From an uncultured Gemmatimonadales bacterium (GTDB lineage: Bacteria; Gemmatimonadota; Gemmatimonadetes; Gemmatimonadales; GWC2-71-9): DNA of 64,000 nt. Under the pieces are notes generated by a model. It searched no databases. It was given only the letters and a program-made list of their open reading frames with translations, and was not told where the DNA came from. Of the stretch, positions 19,719 through 28,793 are shown piece by piece (position 1 is the first letter of the stretch; each line of letters begins with the position of its first letter). A program made the translations under genes and the position numbers. The stretch is taken from assembly GCA_963825055.1 (NCBI GenBank), contig CAWGSK010000009.1, forward strand, positions 224,001 to 288,000, written 5' to 3'.

Positions 19719-20806
19719 GCGGACGCTCCTGCCTCGTAACGCTGCGCGGCCTGGTGCGCAGACAGCGCCTCCTGCACCACGGAGACCAGGGCCTCCGCAT
19801 CGCGCCGCGCGTTGTGCGCGGGCACCTGGAGCGAGGCGCGGATGTAGCTGCGGCCGACCTCGTTGTCCGTGGCGGGGCCGGTGAGCACCGTGATCGGCAG
19901 GTGGAAGTGCTCCCGCATCAGCTCGAGGGCGCCCCAGCAGGCCACCGGATCGGGGGCGGCCATGACCCACGCCGCGCCAGCCGCAGAAAGCTCGCTGTCG
20001 AGCAGGATGTCCTGCACGCCGTACTCGCCGAGAATGCCGTCGCCCAGCTCCGCCACGATCACGTCCGGGTGCGCAGCGGCAAGCCGGTTGAAGAGGCCTT
20101 TCGCCACCGGCACGGTCATGCCCGCGTGCGTGCTGGCCGCGCCGGCGTCATTGAAGGTGAGCGCCTCGACAGCGCCGGCATCCCGCATGGAAAGGGCGTC
20201 GCGCATCAGGCTCACCCCGGTGAGCTTCGCGGCCGCGACCCTGAGCCCCGTACGGACCAGGCCGCGCACCAGTTCGGTGGCCGCCACCGTCTTCCCCGCG
20301 TTCATGCACGTGCCGGCCACATACACCACCGGGATCCCCGCCTGGAGGCTGTCGGCCGGCGGGACGGCGCCATCGCGGATGTGTGCGGGCCGGCCGATGC
20401 GGTCGCCCAGGGCGGGGAAGGTCAGCACGGCGCCGAGGACCTCCGCCCTGAACGGCGGCCCGATGTCGGGATTCACCGAGGTACAGCGGCCCAGCACACC
20501 GCCAAGGTTCAGCACCTCCAGCGTATCACCAACCGCGATCGTGGACGGCACCATTCCCGCGTAGCCTCGCAGCGCGCGCCTGGCGCCGAGCGTGCCGGCC
20601 AGCACGTCCCCCGCCCGGAGCGCCACCATCCGCCCGGCGATATCTTCCACCGTGTTGTATGTGGACTTGTCCTCGAGCACCCGGACGGCCAGGACATAAC
20701 CATCCGCGGCCACGATGTCCGGGCCGACCATCACCTCGCTTTCGAGGTGGGCGTTCCGCGTGCTGGAGGAGATCCGGTCGAGCCGGACGCGGGTCGTCAC
20801 AACCAT
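19715..20806 (-). CDS. Uncharacterised P-loop protein (DUF1611 / BioD-like) embedded in the arg operon
   Basis: Walker A GTCMNAGKT, AAKLTG, DAGA..TF.DAG..ST, VIVAELGDG. Starts 3 bp after the argG stop, and its stop overlaps the argC start (GTGA). Confidence 0.75.
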   Translation of the reverse strand: MVVTTRVRLDRISSSTRNAHLESEVMVGPDIVAADGYVLAVRVLEDKSTYNTVEDIAGRMVALRAGDVLAGTLGARRALRGYAGMVPSTIAVGDTLEVLNLGGVLGRCTSVNPDIGPPFRAEVLGAVLTFPALGDRIGRPAHIRDGAVPPADSLQAGIPVVYVAGTCMNAGKTVAATELVRGLVRTGLRVAAAKLTGVSLMRDALSMRDAGAVEALTFNDAGAASTHAGMTVPVAKGLFNRLAAAHPDVIVAELGDGILGEYGVQDILLDSELSAAGAAWVMAAPDPVACWGALELMREHFHLPITVLTGPATDNEVGRSYIRASLQVPAHNARRDAEALVSVVQEALSAHQAAQRYEAGASA

Positions 20807-20809
20807 GGG

Positions 20810-22012
20810 TTACCCTCCCGCATGGCGGCGCGCCACGCGCTCCGCCAGCAGCGACGGGATCGCGGACACGCGCGCGAATGCGCGGGCCTCGTCCCCGGAC
20901 CAGAGGCTGTGATCCTCGCCGTACCGCGCGACGGAGGAATCCATGAGGGAGCACGGGCTGCGCGTCCCCACCACGTGGAACCTGCCCGCGGCCAGGCGGA
21001 CCCGTGTCTCGCCCGTGACGTGCCGCTGTGAACTCCCGATCATGGCTTCGATGTCCCGCATCGCCGGATCGAAGTACTGGCCCTCGTGGAGACGGTCGCC
21101 ATAGAACCGGGCGAGCTGGTCCTTCCAGAAGACCTGCCATCGGGTGAGGGTCAGCTTCTCCAGCTCCCGGTGCGCCGCGATCAGCACCAGTGCCGCGCCG
21201 GCCTCGAACCCGATGCGCCCCTTGATGCCGAGCACCGTCTCTCCCACGTGGATGCCGCGGCCAATTCCACGGACCAGCGTGCGCATCCCCAGCTCGGCGA
21301 CCAGCCCGGGACCCTCCAGCCGAGCCCCGTCCAGGGCGACCGGCAGGCCTCGTTCCCACTCGATGACGACCTCCTCGGCCCCGGGCGCGTCGGCCGGGGG
21401 CTCCAGCAGTTCGTCGGGCGGACCCTGCCATGTATCGTGGGTCCAGCCGCCGCCCCAGGTGGTGCCCCACCCACCCCGGTTCACCGAGTACGCCCCCGAC
21501 CCCGCAGGAACCGGCAGGCCGCGCTCCTCCAGGAACGCAATCGCCTGGTCGCGCGCAAGCCCGAGCTCCCGGATCGGTGTCACGATCTCCAGTTCCGGGG
21601 CCAGCACGCGAAAGGCGACGTCAAACCGCACCTGGTCGTTCCCCGCCCCGGTCGAACCATGCGCCACGGCCGACGCCCCAACCTGGCGCGCGACATCCAG
21701 CACGGACATCGCCTGCTGGGTACGCTCGGCCGCCACGCTCAGCGGGTAGACCTCCCCGCGAAGAACATTCCCCTGAATCAGGTACCGGACGAAATGATCG
21801 AAGACCTCGCGACGGGCGTCCACGAGGTGGTGGGCCGCCGCCCCCACCGCACTAGCCTGGCGCCGGACGGCCTCCAGTCCTTCCGGCGTGGTGCCGCCGG
21901 TGTCGACGAATACGGTATGCACCTCCCAGCCCCGCTCACTCAGCCAGGGGACACAGAAAGAGGTATCGAGGCCCCCCGAGAAGGCGAGCACAATGCGTCG
22001 GTCAGTTTGCAT
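20810..22012 (-). CDS. argG: Argininosuccinate synthase
   Basis: VLAFSGGLDTS, AHGSTGAGNDQVRF, TPIRE, GIKGR..FEA.A. Confidence 0.96.
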   Translation of the reverse strand: MQTDRRIVLAFSGGLDTSFCVPWLSERGWEVHTVFVDTGGTTPEGLEAVRRQASAVGAAAHHLVDARREVFDHFVRYLIQGNVLRGEVYPLSVAAERTQQAMSVLDVARQVGASAVAHGSTGAGNDQVRFDVAFRVLAPELEIVTPIRELGLARDQAIAFLEERGLPVPAGSGAYSVNRGGWGTTWGGGWTHDTWQGPPDELLEPPADAPGAEEVVIEWERGLPVALDGARLEGPGLVAELGMRTLVRGIGRGIHVGETVLGIKGRIGFEAGAALVLIAAHRELEKLTLTRWQVFWKDQLARFYGDRLHEGQYFDPAMRDIEAMIGSSQRHVTGETRVRLAAGRFHVVGTRSPCSLMDSSVARYGEDHSLWSGDEARAFARVSAIPSLLAERVARRHAGG

Positions 22013-22030
22013 AATGCATAAATATGCAAC
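22013..22030. promoter_or_regulatory. ARG box (ArgR operator)
   Basis: AATGCATAAATATGCAAC with palindromic core TGCATA-AA-TATGCA. AT-rich island directly abutting the argG start codon; argR is in the same operon. Confidence 0.88.
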
Positions 22031-22121
22031 ATGCCGACCCGGAGCGCAACCCGCTCAAGTCGGCGACCGCCGCGGCCGATAACGGGATGGAGTGAACGAC
22101 CGGATCAAGGGAGGAACGACC

Positions 22122-22418
22122 ATGAAGAACCGCATCGCCGCGCTGCTCGAGGCCACCCCGGCAGGATGGGCCGCCTCGACGGTGACCGCCCCCGAGGAAT
22201 CGCTCGAGGTGAGGGTGCACCGCTGCGTGCTGGAGGCCATCATCCAGCACAACATGCGGGAGGAACTGCAGCGGACCGCGGCCGACCGGGATCCGCTGGT
22301 GTTCGAATCAGCCCGGCAACGGGTGCGCCGGTATGAGAAGTTCCTGGCATGGCTGGGAGGCATGCCGGAGGGTGCGATACAGGTCTCGCTGCGGCCTCGG
22401 GGGGCCGCCGGACCTTAG
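22122..22418 (+). CDS. Hypothetical small protein
   Basis: ATG after AAGGGAGG; 98 codons; divergent from the arg operon. Confidence 0.6.
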   Translation: MKNRIAALLEATPAGWAASTVTAPEESLEVRVHRCVLEAIIQHNMREELQRTAADRDPLVFESARQRVRRYEKFLAWLGGMPEGAIQVSLRPRGAAGP

Positions 22419-23062
22419 AAGCTGACGCCGAGGCCGCCGTGCCCGTGGAAGGCAAGGTTGGGGACGGACGCGTGTCCCCCGGCGGTCGGCACACGAACGT
22501 AGGACGCCGAGACCCGGCCGTCGATGCTCAGGAAGAAGTGGCTCGTGATCGGGAAACGGCGGTTGGCGCTGCCCACGAGCGACCCGCCCGACAGGAAATA
22601 GCCGTCCCGGATAAAGCCGCGGTTCCGCTCGATGACCCTGCCCCGGACGATCGTCTCCGGGTGGGTAACCACCGGGCCTGCACCAAGCGTGAACACCAGC
22701 TTGTCCCGCGCCCAGCCCCGGCTGAGCGCCAGGATGTTGAACCCGTTGGTGATGTTGAAGCCCTGAACCTCCGGCGGGGGATTTTCCAGGTACAGCTTCT
22801 GGTGGATGAAATCGATCAGCCAGCCCCGGTTGCCGCTCCAGAAGCCGATTCGCGCCGCGTAGTAGGGCGTGTCCTGTTCGGGGCGGGTCGAGTAGTGGCC
22901 CGTGAAGTCGAGATCCGCCTCCCCCTCCTGCGTGATGTGGAGTGGAGTGGGGAGGCTGACTGACGTTCCGATGAAGAGTTCGAGCGTCGTCTGGGCCACC
23001 GCCCGGCCCGGCACCAGTCCGCCCAGCAGGACGGCGACAACGAGACCTCCGCGTGCCCGCAT
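22415..23062 (-). CDS. Hypothetical exported protein, probable outer-membrane beta-barrel
   Basis: Signal peptide (MRARGGLVVAVLLGG..AVA), amphipathic aromatic-rich strands, C-terminal GLGVSF. Confidence 0.65.
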   Translation of the reverse strand: MRARGGLVVAVLLGGLVPGRAVAQTTLELFIGTSVSLPTPLHITQEGEADLDFTGHYSTRPEQDTPYYAARIGFWSGNRGWLIDFIHQKLYLENPPPEVQGFNITNGFNILALSRGWARDKLVFTLGAGPVVTHPETIVRGRVIERNRGFIRDGYFLSGGSLVGSANRRFPITSHFFLSIDGRVSASYVRVPTAGGHASVPNLAFHGHGGLGVSF

Positions 23063-23090
23063 GCTCCCCCCGTTGGTGTGGCGGGCGGCA

Positions 23091-24017
23091 TCATCGCTGT
23101 GATGCCGCGACTTCGAGTGGTGGCAGCCGCGCCGCGATCCGGGCCCGATCGGCCTCGAGCCACGCCGGCAGCTGCAGCGTTTCCCCGAGCGACTCGGCCG
23201 GCTCATCCACCAGGAATCCTGGGCCCTCGGTGGCCAGCTCGAAGAGAATACCACCCGGTTCACGGAAATACACCGACTGGAAGTATTTCCGGTCAAGGAT
23301 CTCCGTAGCACCGATACCGGTGGCCGTCACACTGTCGCGCAGTGCCAGCTGCGCTGACTCGTCCGGGACACGCCATGCAATGTGATGGACGGATCCGGCG
23401 CCCAGCATCCCCGGGCGACCCCCGGAAGCGTCCTGCATCCCGATCCGCCCGACCCGGTCTCCGGTCGCCACAAACGTATCCGCCTCCGGGCGCGTGAGGC
23501 CGAGCACCTCGGACAGTAACGCGGAGGTGGCAGCGGGGTTCCGGCTGCGCAGGGTGAGACCACCGAGGCCGGAGATGGCGGATTCGCGGGGAATATCAGG
23601 CGTGGACCAGGTGGGCGCCGGTCCGCCTGACGGAGCCGGGACGAATTCGATCGTCAGGCCGTCCGGATCGCGTACGGTGGCGAGGACATCATTGCGCGCG
23701 TCATCCACCAGGCTGCCGCTTTCCGCCAGGCGGCGTCGCCAGAAATCCGTACTCTCGGCCGGGACGGCGAAGGCAATACGGTCAACTTCGCCCGCCCCGA
23801 TCGTTCCTCTATACGCCCCCGGCCAGGCGAAAAAGGTGAGGATCGTGCCAGGTGTGCCCCTGGCATCCCCGTAGTAGAGATGCCAGGTGCCCGGATCGTC
23901 GAAGTTGACCGTACGCTTGACCAGGCGGAGGCCGAGCAGGCCGGTATAAAAAGCCAGGTTTCGGCGGGGATCACTCGCGAGCGCCGTGACATGGTGAAGT
24001 CCTGCCGTGCGTCCCAT
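23091..24017 (-). CDS. Ring-cleaving dioxygenase, VOC/glyoxalase family (MhqO/MhqA-like)
   Basis: GLHHVTA, LGLRLVKRTVNFDDP..HLYYG, VHHIAWR, DRKYFQSVYFREPGGILFELAT.GPGF. Confidence 0.92.
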   Translation of the reverse strand: MGRTAGLHHVTALASDPRRNLAFYTGLLGLRLVKRTVNFDDPGTWHLYYGDARGTPGTILTFFAWPGAYRGTIGAGEVDRIAFAVPAESTDFWRRRLAESGSLVDDARNDVLATVRDPDGLTIEFVPAPSGGPAPTWSTPDIPRESAISGLGGLTLRSRNPAATSALLSEVLGLTRPEADTFVATGDRVGRIGMQDASGGRPGMLGAGSVHHIAWRVPDESAQLALRDSVTATGIGATEILDRKYFQSVYFREPGGILFELATEGPGFLVDEPAESLGETLQLPAWLEADRARIAARLPPLEVAASQR

Positions 24018-24032
24018 CGTTGCTGCTCCAGG

Positions 24033-24058
24033 CAATTAGTTCAAGCTTAAATTAATTG
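24033..24058. promoter_or_regulatory. Imperfect AT-rich palindrome, putative repressor operator
   Basis: CAATTAGTTCAAGCTTAAATTAATTG, 26 bp with 2 mismatched pairs, 15 bp upstream of the dioxygenase ATG. Confidence 0.6.
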
Positions 24059-24094
24059 TCCAGAGCACCCCCGCAAGGGGGAGGGCGCGGGCCT

Positions 24095-26489
24095 TCAGTC
24101 GTTGCCGAGGGCCCGGGCCGCCGCCTTGCGGATTTCCGGGTCGCTGTCCTTGAGGGCCTGAACCATCATGTCCAGGGCAGCCGGATCACGGATCTCGCTG
24201 AGGGCCTGGATGGCCGCTCGGCGGACCGCGGGTTCCGTGTCCTTGATGGCGGCAGCCAGGGCGGACACGGCGGCGGGGTCGGCGATCTCGCGCAGGGCAT
24301 GGGCGGCCGCCTCACGGACCTTCGCGTCCTTGTCCCGAAGGGCGTCGATCAGGGCCTTCGGCGCCTGGTGAACATCGTTGATCTGGCCCAGGGCCCACGC
24401 GGCGCTGCGCCGGACCCCGACATCGCTGTCCGCGAGCGCCGTCGCGAGTCCTTCGGCAGCCTGGGGGCTCTCGATCTGACCCAGCGCCCACGCGGCAGTC
24501 TTGCGAACCTCCGCGTTGCTGTCACGGAGCGCCGCGACGAGCGCGGCGACGGCATCGGCGCTCTCGATCTGCCCGAGCGACCATGCCGCTTCCTTGCGGA
24601 CCTCGGCATCGGCATCACGCAGCATCGGAACGAGCCAGGACACAGCTTCGGGGCTTTCGATCTCGCCCAGGGCATGCAGCGCGCTGCGGCGTACTTCGGC
24701 GTTCGAATCCTTGAGCGCCGCACCGAGCGCCTGCACCGCTGCCGGATCCTCGATCTGCCCCAGGGCCCATGCCGCCATCCGGCGGGCCTCCGGGTCGGCA
24801 TCCTTCAGGACCGTGATCAGTCCGGGGACCGCGCTCCGGTCCTCGATCTGCCCCAGGGCCCATCCGGCCATCCGGCGCACCTCACCATCGGAATCCTCGA
24901 GGGCCTCCACCAGGACGCCAACCGCGGAGGCGTTCTCGATCTGGCCGAGTGCCCAGGCGGCTTTACGCCGGACCTCGGCATCCTTGTCCGAACGGAGTGC
25001 CTCACCCAGGGCCGGCACACCGCGAGCGTCTTCGAGTTGCCCCAGTGCCCAGGCCGCGCTTCTGCGGACTTCGACATCGGCATCGGTGCGAAGCGCCTGC
25101 GACAGGGCGCCGACCACCGTCGAGTCGCCGGACTCGCCCAGGGACCGGGCTACGGCACGGCGCACGCCGGCGTCGGAGTCACGGAGCGCCGTCACGAGGG
25201 ACGCCATGGCCCCAGCGGGAACGAGCCTGGGGCTCTGTGCCGGGGCGGGTTCCCCGGTACTGGTGGAAGCATCCACCTGGACATCGGTATTCGTCGTGAC
25301 GCTCAGTGTCGTGTTCGTGCTGATATTGGTGGTGCTCGTGCTGGTGCCGGTCTTCGGCTCCCCGGTCATGGAGCCGGGACTGGTCGACGGACCCTCGAGC
25401 ACGACCTGCTCCGCCCGCTCTGCGCGAACGGGGATGATGGCTGCCAGGGGAAGAGCGATTGCACCGGCCAGCATGAGGCCTGCAAGGCTCCCGCCAACTG
25501 CCAGGCCACGGCGGTCCCGGCCGGGGGCGAGGATCTCCAGCAGCCGTCCCTCAAAGTCGGAACGTTGCGCCATGGGGAGTGCGGCCAGCGGCGCGCGCCG
25601 TTCGCCCGCCCCGCGCACGATGTCGAGCAGGTGCTGCGCGTAATCGGACGCCCGCGTACCGCAGGCGAGGACCAGGTCGTCACAGGCGCGCTCGCTCTCC
25701 GCCCGGAAGCGGCGCAGCGCTGACCAGACCAGCGGATGGAACCAGTACGCTGCCGCGACCAGCCGGACCAGGAAATGCCAGGCGATGTCGTGCCGGCGCA
25801 CGTGTGCCAGTTCGTGGAGAAGGACTGCCTCTCGCCGATCGGGCTGCCAGTCGGCGGCTCCATCGGGCAGCACCACGACGGGGCGGAGGATGCCGGAGGT
25901 AATCGGCATCGTGACGTCCCCGCTGACCCGGAGGTCCACATCGCGGCGGATCCCGAGCCGGAGCGCCGCGGCGTCCAGCACGTCGGCCCACTCCGGGTCA
26001 CGAACCTGCCGCGCACGACCAACCAGGCGGCGGGCCTGGATCGTGCCCACACCCAGTCGCCCCACCACGATCAGGGCGCCCAGGGCCCAGAGGGTGAACA
26101 GCAGCGGCAGGGCATCAGTGGGGGAAGACGTAGTGGCGGATCCTGCGGCCGACTGTGCCGACTGCGTCTCCGGCACTCCGATCGCCGGCGTCACTCGCCG
26201 GCTCGCCGTCCCGGTCGGAGCGGAGCGGCGTTTCCGCCCCGGCGCCGCGTGGTGCGGCCGGCGGAAGCAGGCCGACGCGCCAGGGCATGACCGCTGGCAC
26301 GAGCGGCAGGAGGATGAGGATCGCGAGCCCGAGCCCCCAGGCGAAGTTGCGCGTCGCTGCCGAGGCGCGGCGCAGCACCACTACCGCGGCGAACGTCAGG
26401 AGAAGCAGCATGGTCCCCTTGATGACCATGTCGGGAAACAGGGGCCAGAGCCCGGTGGGCTGGAGGAGGGTATCAATGGAGTATGGCAT
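24095..26489 (-). CDS. M56 (BlaR1/MecR1-type) membrane metallopeptidase with C-terminal HEAT-repeat domain; frameshift between ~26120 and ~26270
   Basis: N-terminal TMs and LRRASAATR in ORF 26115..26489. HELAHVRRHD, YWFHPLVW and SERACDD in ORF 24095..26194, followed by a TM, a Ser/Thr linker and HEAT repeats. Confidence 0.85.
24100..25200 (-). repeat. 12 tandem ~31-aa HEAT/PBS-lyase repeats (coding)
   Basis: Unit D.D.EVRR.AAWALGQIE...AV..L...L counted 12 times. Confidence 0.9.
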
Positions 26490-26491
26490 CC

Positions 26492-26872
26492 TCAGCGCCC
26501 CTCCTTCCGGGCCTGACGGGTACGTTCGGCCAGGCGTTCGAGATCGCCCGGTGTAAGATCGGCTTCCGACATCTGCATGAGGGCCGCGACGGCCTGCTCG
26601 GCGGAACCTCCGAAGAAGGTCTGCAGCAGGTGCTGCAGGGCATCCCGCCGGGCCCGCTCCCTGGCCACGGCCGGCAGGTAGACGTAACGCGGCCCGTCTT
26701 CCCGATGTTTCACATGGCCCTTTTCCTCCAGGACACGCAGCGTGGCACGGACGGCGGAATAACTCGGCGGATCCGCCAGGCCGTCCATGACTTCACTGAC
26801 CGTCCCCTCTCCCCGCTGGTAGAGGATGTCCATGATCTGCCGCTCGCGACGGCTGAGCTTCTGATCCTGCAT
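26492..26872 (-). CDS. BlaI/MecI/CopY family transcriptional repressor
   Basis: LSRRERQIMDIL, SYSAVRATLR.LEEKG, LLQTFFGGS. Directly upstream of the M56 gene. Confidence 0.92.
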   Translation of the reverse strand: MQDQKLSRRERQIMDILYQRGEGTVSEVMDGLADPPSYSAVRATLRVLEEKGHVKHREDGPRYVYLPAVARERARRDALQHLLQTFFGGSAEQAVAALMQMSEADLTPGDLERLAERTRQARKEGR

Positions 26873-26895
26873 GCGACTCCTCCGGAGGTAGCCTA

Positions 26896-26950
26896 TGCTG
26901 AAAATACAGCAGTATGCTGATTATTTAGCACGTATGCGATACGCTGTCAA
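26896..26950 (-). promoter_or_regulatory. Tandem palindromic operators plus -35 box of the blaI-like promoter
   Basis: TGCTGAAAATACAGCA (26896-26911) and TGCTGATTATTTAGCA (26915-26930). TTGACA on the minus strand at 26950-26945. Confidence 0.75.
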
Positions 26951-27244
26951 GGGCCGACTGGGCCCCCGGGTCGGGTCCCGATGTCCCTCCGGATCTTCTT
27001 AAACCGCTGGGAGATAACGGCTTGTACAACCTGCGGGCCGGTGACCTCCATCACGTGCTTTGCTGTGCCATCTTGCTACCTTTTAAGGCAGTGCAGTATA
27101 GAAACGCCCGGGGAGAGGTGACCGGAACCGCCGGCACCCTGGATCCTCGCTGGTCGCACGAGAAACCGCTTGCGCACCTGATCGCGCGATCCGTGGCTGT
27201 TTTGACATCCGACCATCATCAGGGCAACCAGCAAAGGGGGATCT

Positions 27245-28729
27245 ATGAGTTTGAAAACGCTCTCCATGACCGTGCTCTGCGCAGCTGTCCTGGCCGTCCC
27301 GGCCATGGCGCAGAACGCAGGCAACGTGGAGCTGGCAGGGTTCGCGAGTTATACGCGTTTTGATGAAAGCCTCCAACTCGACAAGAAGATCGGCGGCGGG
27401 GGACTCATCGGCCTCTTCTTCGCGAACAATCTCGCGCTGGAAGCCGAGGGGATGTACACCAAGACGCATCGCGATCCCAGCGGTACGGATGTCAAGTACT
27501 TCCCGATCCGGGCCCGCCTGACGTACAACATTCCGCTGGGCGGCTATTCCGCCTTCCTGCTCGGCGCCGGCGGTGTTCGCGCGAAGTTCTCCAGCGATTA
27601 CGCTCCGCTCGACTTTACCGACTACGGCGCCACCGGCCTCGCGGGCTTCCGCCTGGGGCTGAGCGACCACGTCGGCCTCCGGATCGACGGGACGATCGAC
27701 TATATCCCAAGCCCCGAAAACGAGGCGCCTGAGACGATCACGAGCCCCGGGGTAAGCCGGAACATCCACTACGGCGTCCGGGCTGGCCTGAGCTTCCTCG
27801 TCGGCAGCCGCGGTCCGAAGGACTCTGACAAGGACGGCGTCGCCAACGAGTTCGATCAGTGTCCCGATACCCCGATGGGTGACCGGGTCGACGGCGCTGG
27901 CTGTTCGCTCCCGAAGGATTCGGACGGCGACGGCATTCTCGACAAGAACGACAAGTGCGCCAATACGCCCGCCGGCGTCCGGGTCGACACCTCCGGTTGC
28001 GAGGTGAAGGATTCCGACAACGACGGCGTGATGGACAACGTCGACAAGTGCCCGAACACGCCGGCCGGAGTCCAGGTCGACGGAACGGGCTGCCCGAAGG
28101 ATGCCGACAACGACGGCGTCATGGATGGCATGGACAAGTGCCCGAATACGCCGGCCGGTGCCAAGGTCGACACGACGGGTTGCTCTGTCGATGCCGATGG
28201 CGACGGCGTCACCGACGCCGCCGATCGCTGCCCGAATACCCCGGCCGGTACCAAGGTCGACGGGTCGGGTTGCCCCATCACCGACAGCGATAAGGACGGC
28301 ATTGCGGACAGCAATGACAAGTGCCCGGGTACGCCCGCCGGCCTGCTGGTCGGGCCGAACGGCTGCGTGATTCTATTCGAGGAAGGCAAGAACAGCGTCA
28401 CCCTCGAGGGCGTCACGTTCGAGCTGAACAAGGCGAGCCTGACCCTCAATGCCCAGAAGGTGCTGGACCTCGTAGCCGCGTCACTGAAGGCCAGCAAGGG
28501 CTTCAACGTCGAGGTTGCAGGACACACTGACAGCACCGGCGGCCGCAGCCTCAACATGCGGCTCTCGGACGCCCGCGCCAAGTCCGTCAAGGACTACCTT
28601 GTGAAGAAGGGCGTGGATGCCAGCCGGTTGACCGCGAAGGGATATGGTCCTGACCGTCCGGTGGCGACGAACAAGACGCCGGAAGGCCGGGCCCAGAACC
28701 GTCGGGTCGAGCTGATCAAGATGGACTAG
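27245..28729 (+). CDS. OmpA family protein: N-terminal beta-barrel, TSP3 Ca-binding repeats, C-terminal peptidoglycan-binding domain
   Basis: Signal peptide (AMA), barrel strands, D.D.DG..D..DKCPNTP repeats, GHTDSTG..N..LS..RA..V..YL, NRRVE. Confidence 0.92.
   Translation: MSLKTLSMTVLCAAVLAVPAMAQNAGNVELAGFASYTRFDESLQLDKKIGGGGLIGLFFANNLALEAEGMYTKTHRDPSGTDVKYFPIRARLTYNIPLGGYSAFLLGAGGVRAKFSSDYAPLDFTDYGATGLAGFRLGLSDHVGLRIDGTIDYIPSPENEAPETITSPGVSRNIHYGVRAGLSFLVGSRGPKDSDKDGVANEFDQCPDTPMGDRVDGAGCSLPKDSDGDGILDKNDKCANTPAGVRVDTSGCEVKDSDNDGVMDNVDKCPNTPAGVQVDGTGCPKDADNDGVMDGMDKCPNTPAGAKVDTTGCSVDADGDGVTDAADRCPNTPAGTKVDGSGCPITDSDKDGIADSNDKCPGTPAGLLVGPNGCVILFEEGKNSVTLEGVTFELNKASLTLNAQKVLDLVAASLKASKGFNVEVAGHTDSTGGRSLNMRLSDARAKSVKDYLVKKGVDASRLTAKGYGPDRPVATNKTPEGRAQNRRVELIKMD
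27820..28365 (+). repeat. 6 thrombospondin type-3-like repeats (coding)
   Basis: Six units of DxDxDGxxDxxDxCxxTPxGxxVxxxGC. Confidence 0.85.
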
Positions 28730-28753
28730 CCGTTCAACCCATTGAACGCACAC

Positions 28754-28791
28754 CAGCCGCGTCGGGCCCTGCCCGGCGCGGCTGTTGTATT
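28754..28791 (+). terminator. Rho-independent terminator hairpin after ompA
   Basis: CAGCCGCGTCGGGC-CCT-GCCCGGCGCGGCTG followed by TTGTATT; lies between convergent genes. Confidence 0.7.
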
Positions 28792-28793
28792 AC

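Noticed and set aside
16580..21031. Long + strand ORFs (e.g. 16580..18268, 19754..21031) opposite the arg genes
   Set aside because: Antisense shadow ORFs typical of high-GC DNA; no motifs, and the minus-strand genes are clearly real.
24056..25723. Repetitive + strand ORFs (555 aa and 380 aa), and possible CRISPR-like periodicity
   Set aside because: The ~93-nt periodicity is the antisense of coding HEAT repeats; there are no identical direct repeats with unique spacers and no cas genes.
26492..26872. Beta-lactam resistance locus (blaI/blaR)
   Set aside because: No beta-lactamase or penicillin-binding domain nearby; the sensor domain is HEAT repeats.
27820..28365. Recurrent gacaagtgcccgaatacgccggccgg-like DNA repeats
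   Set aside because: In-frame TSP3 repeats within OmpA, not a CRISPR array or mobile element.
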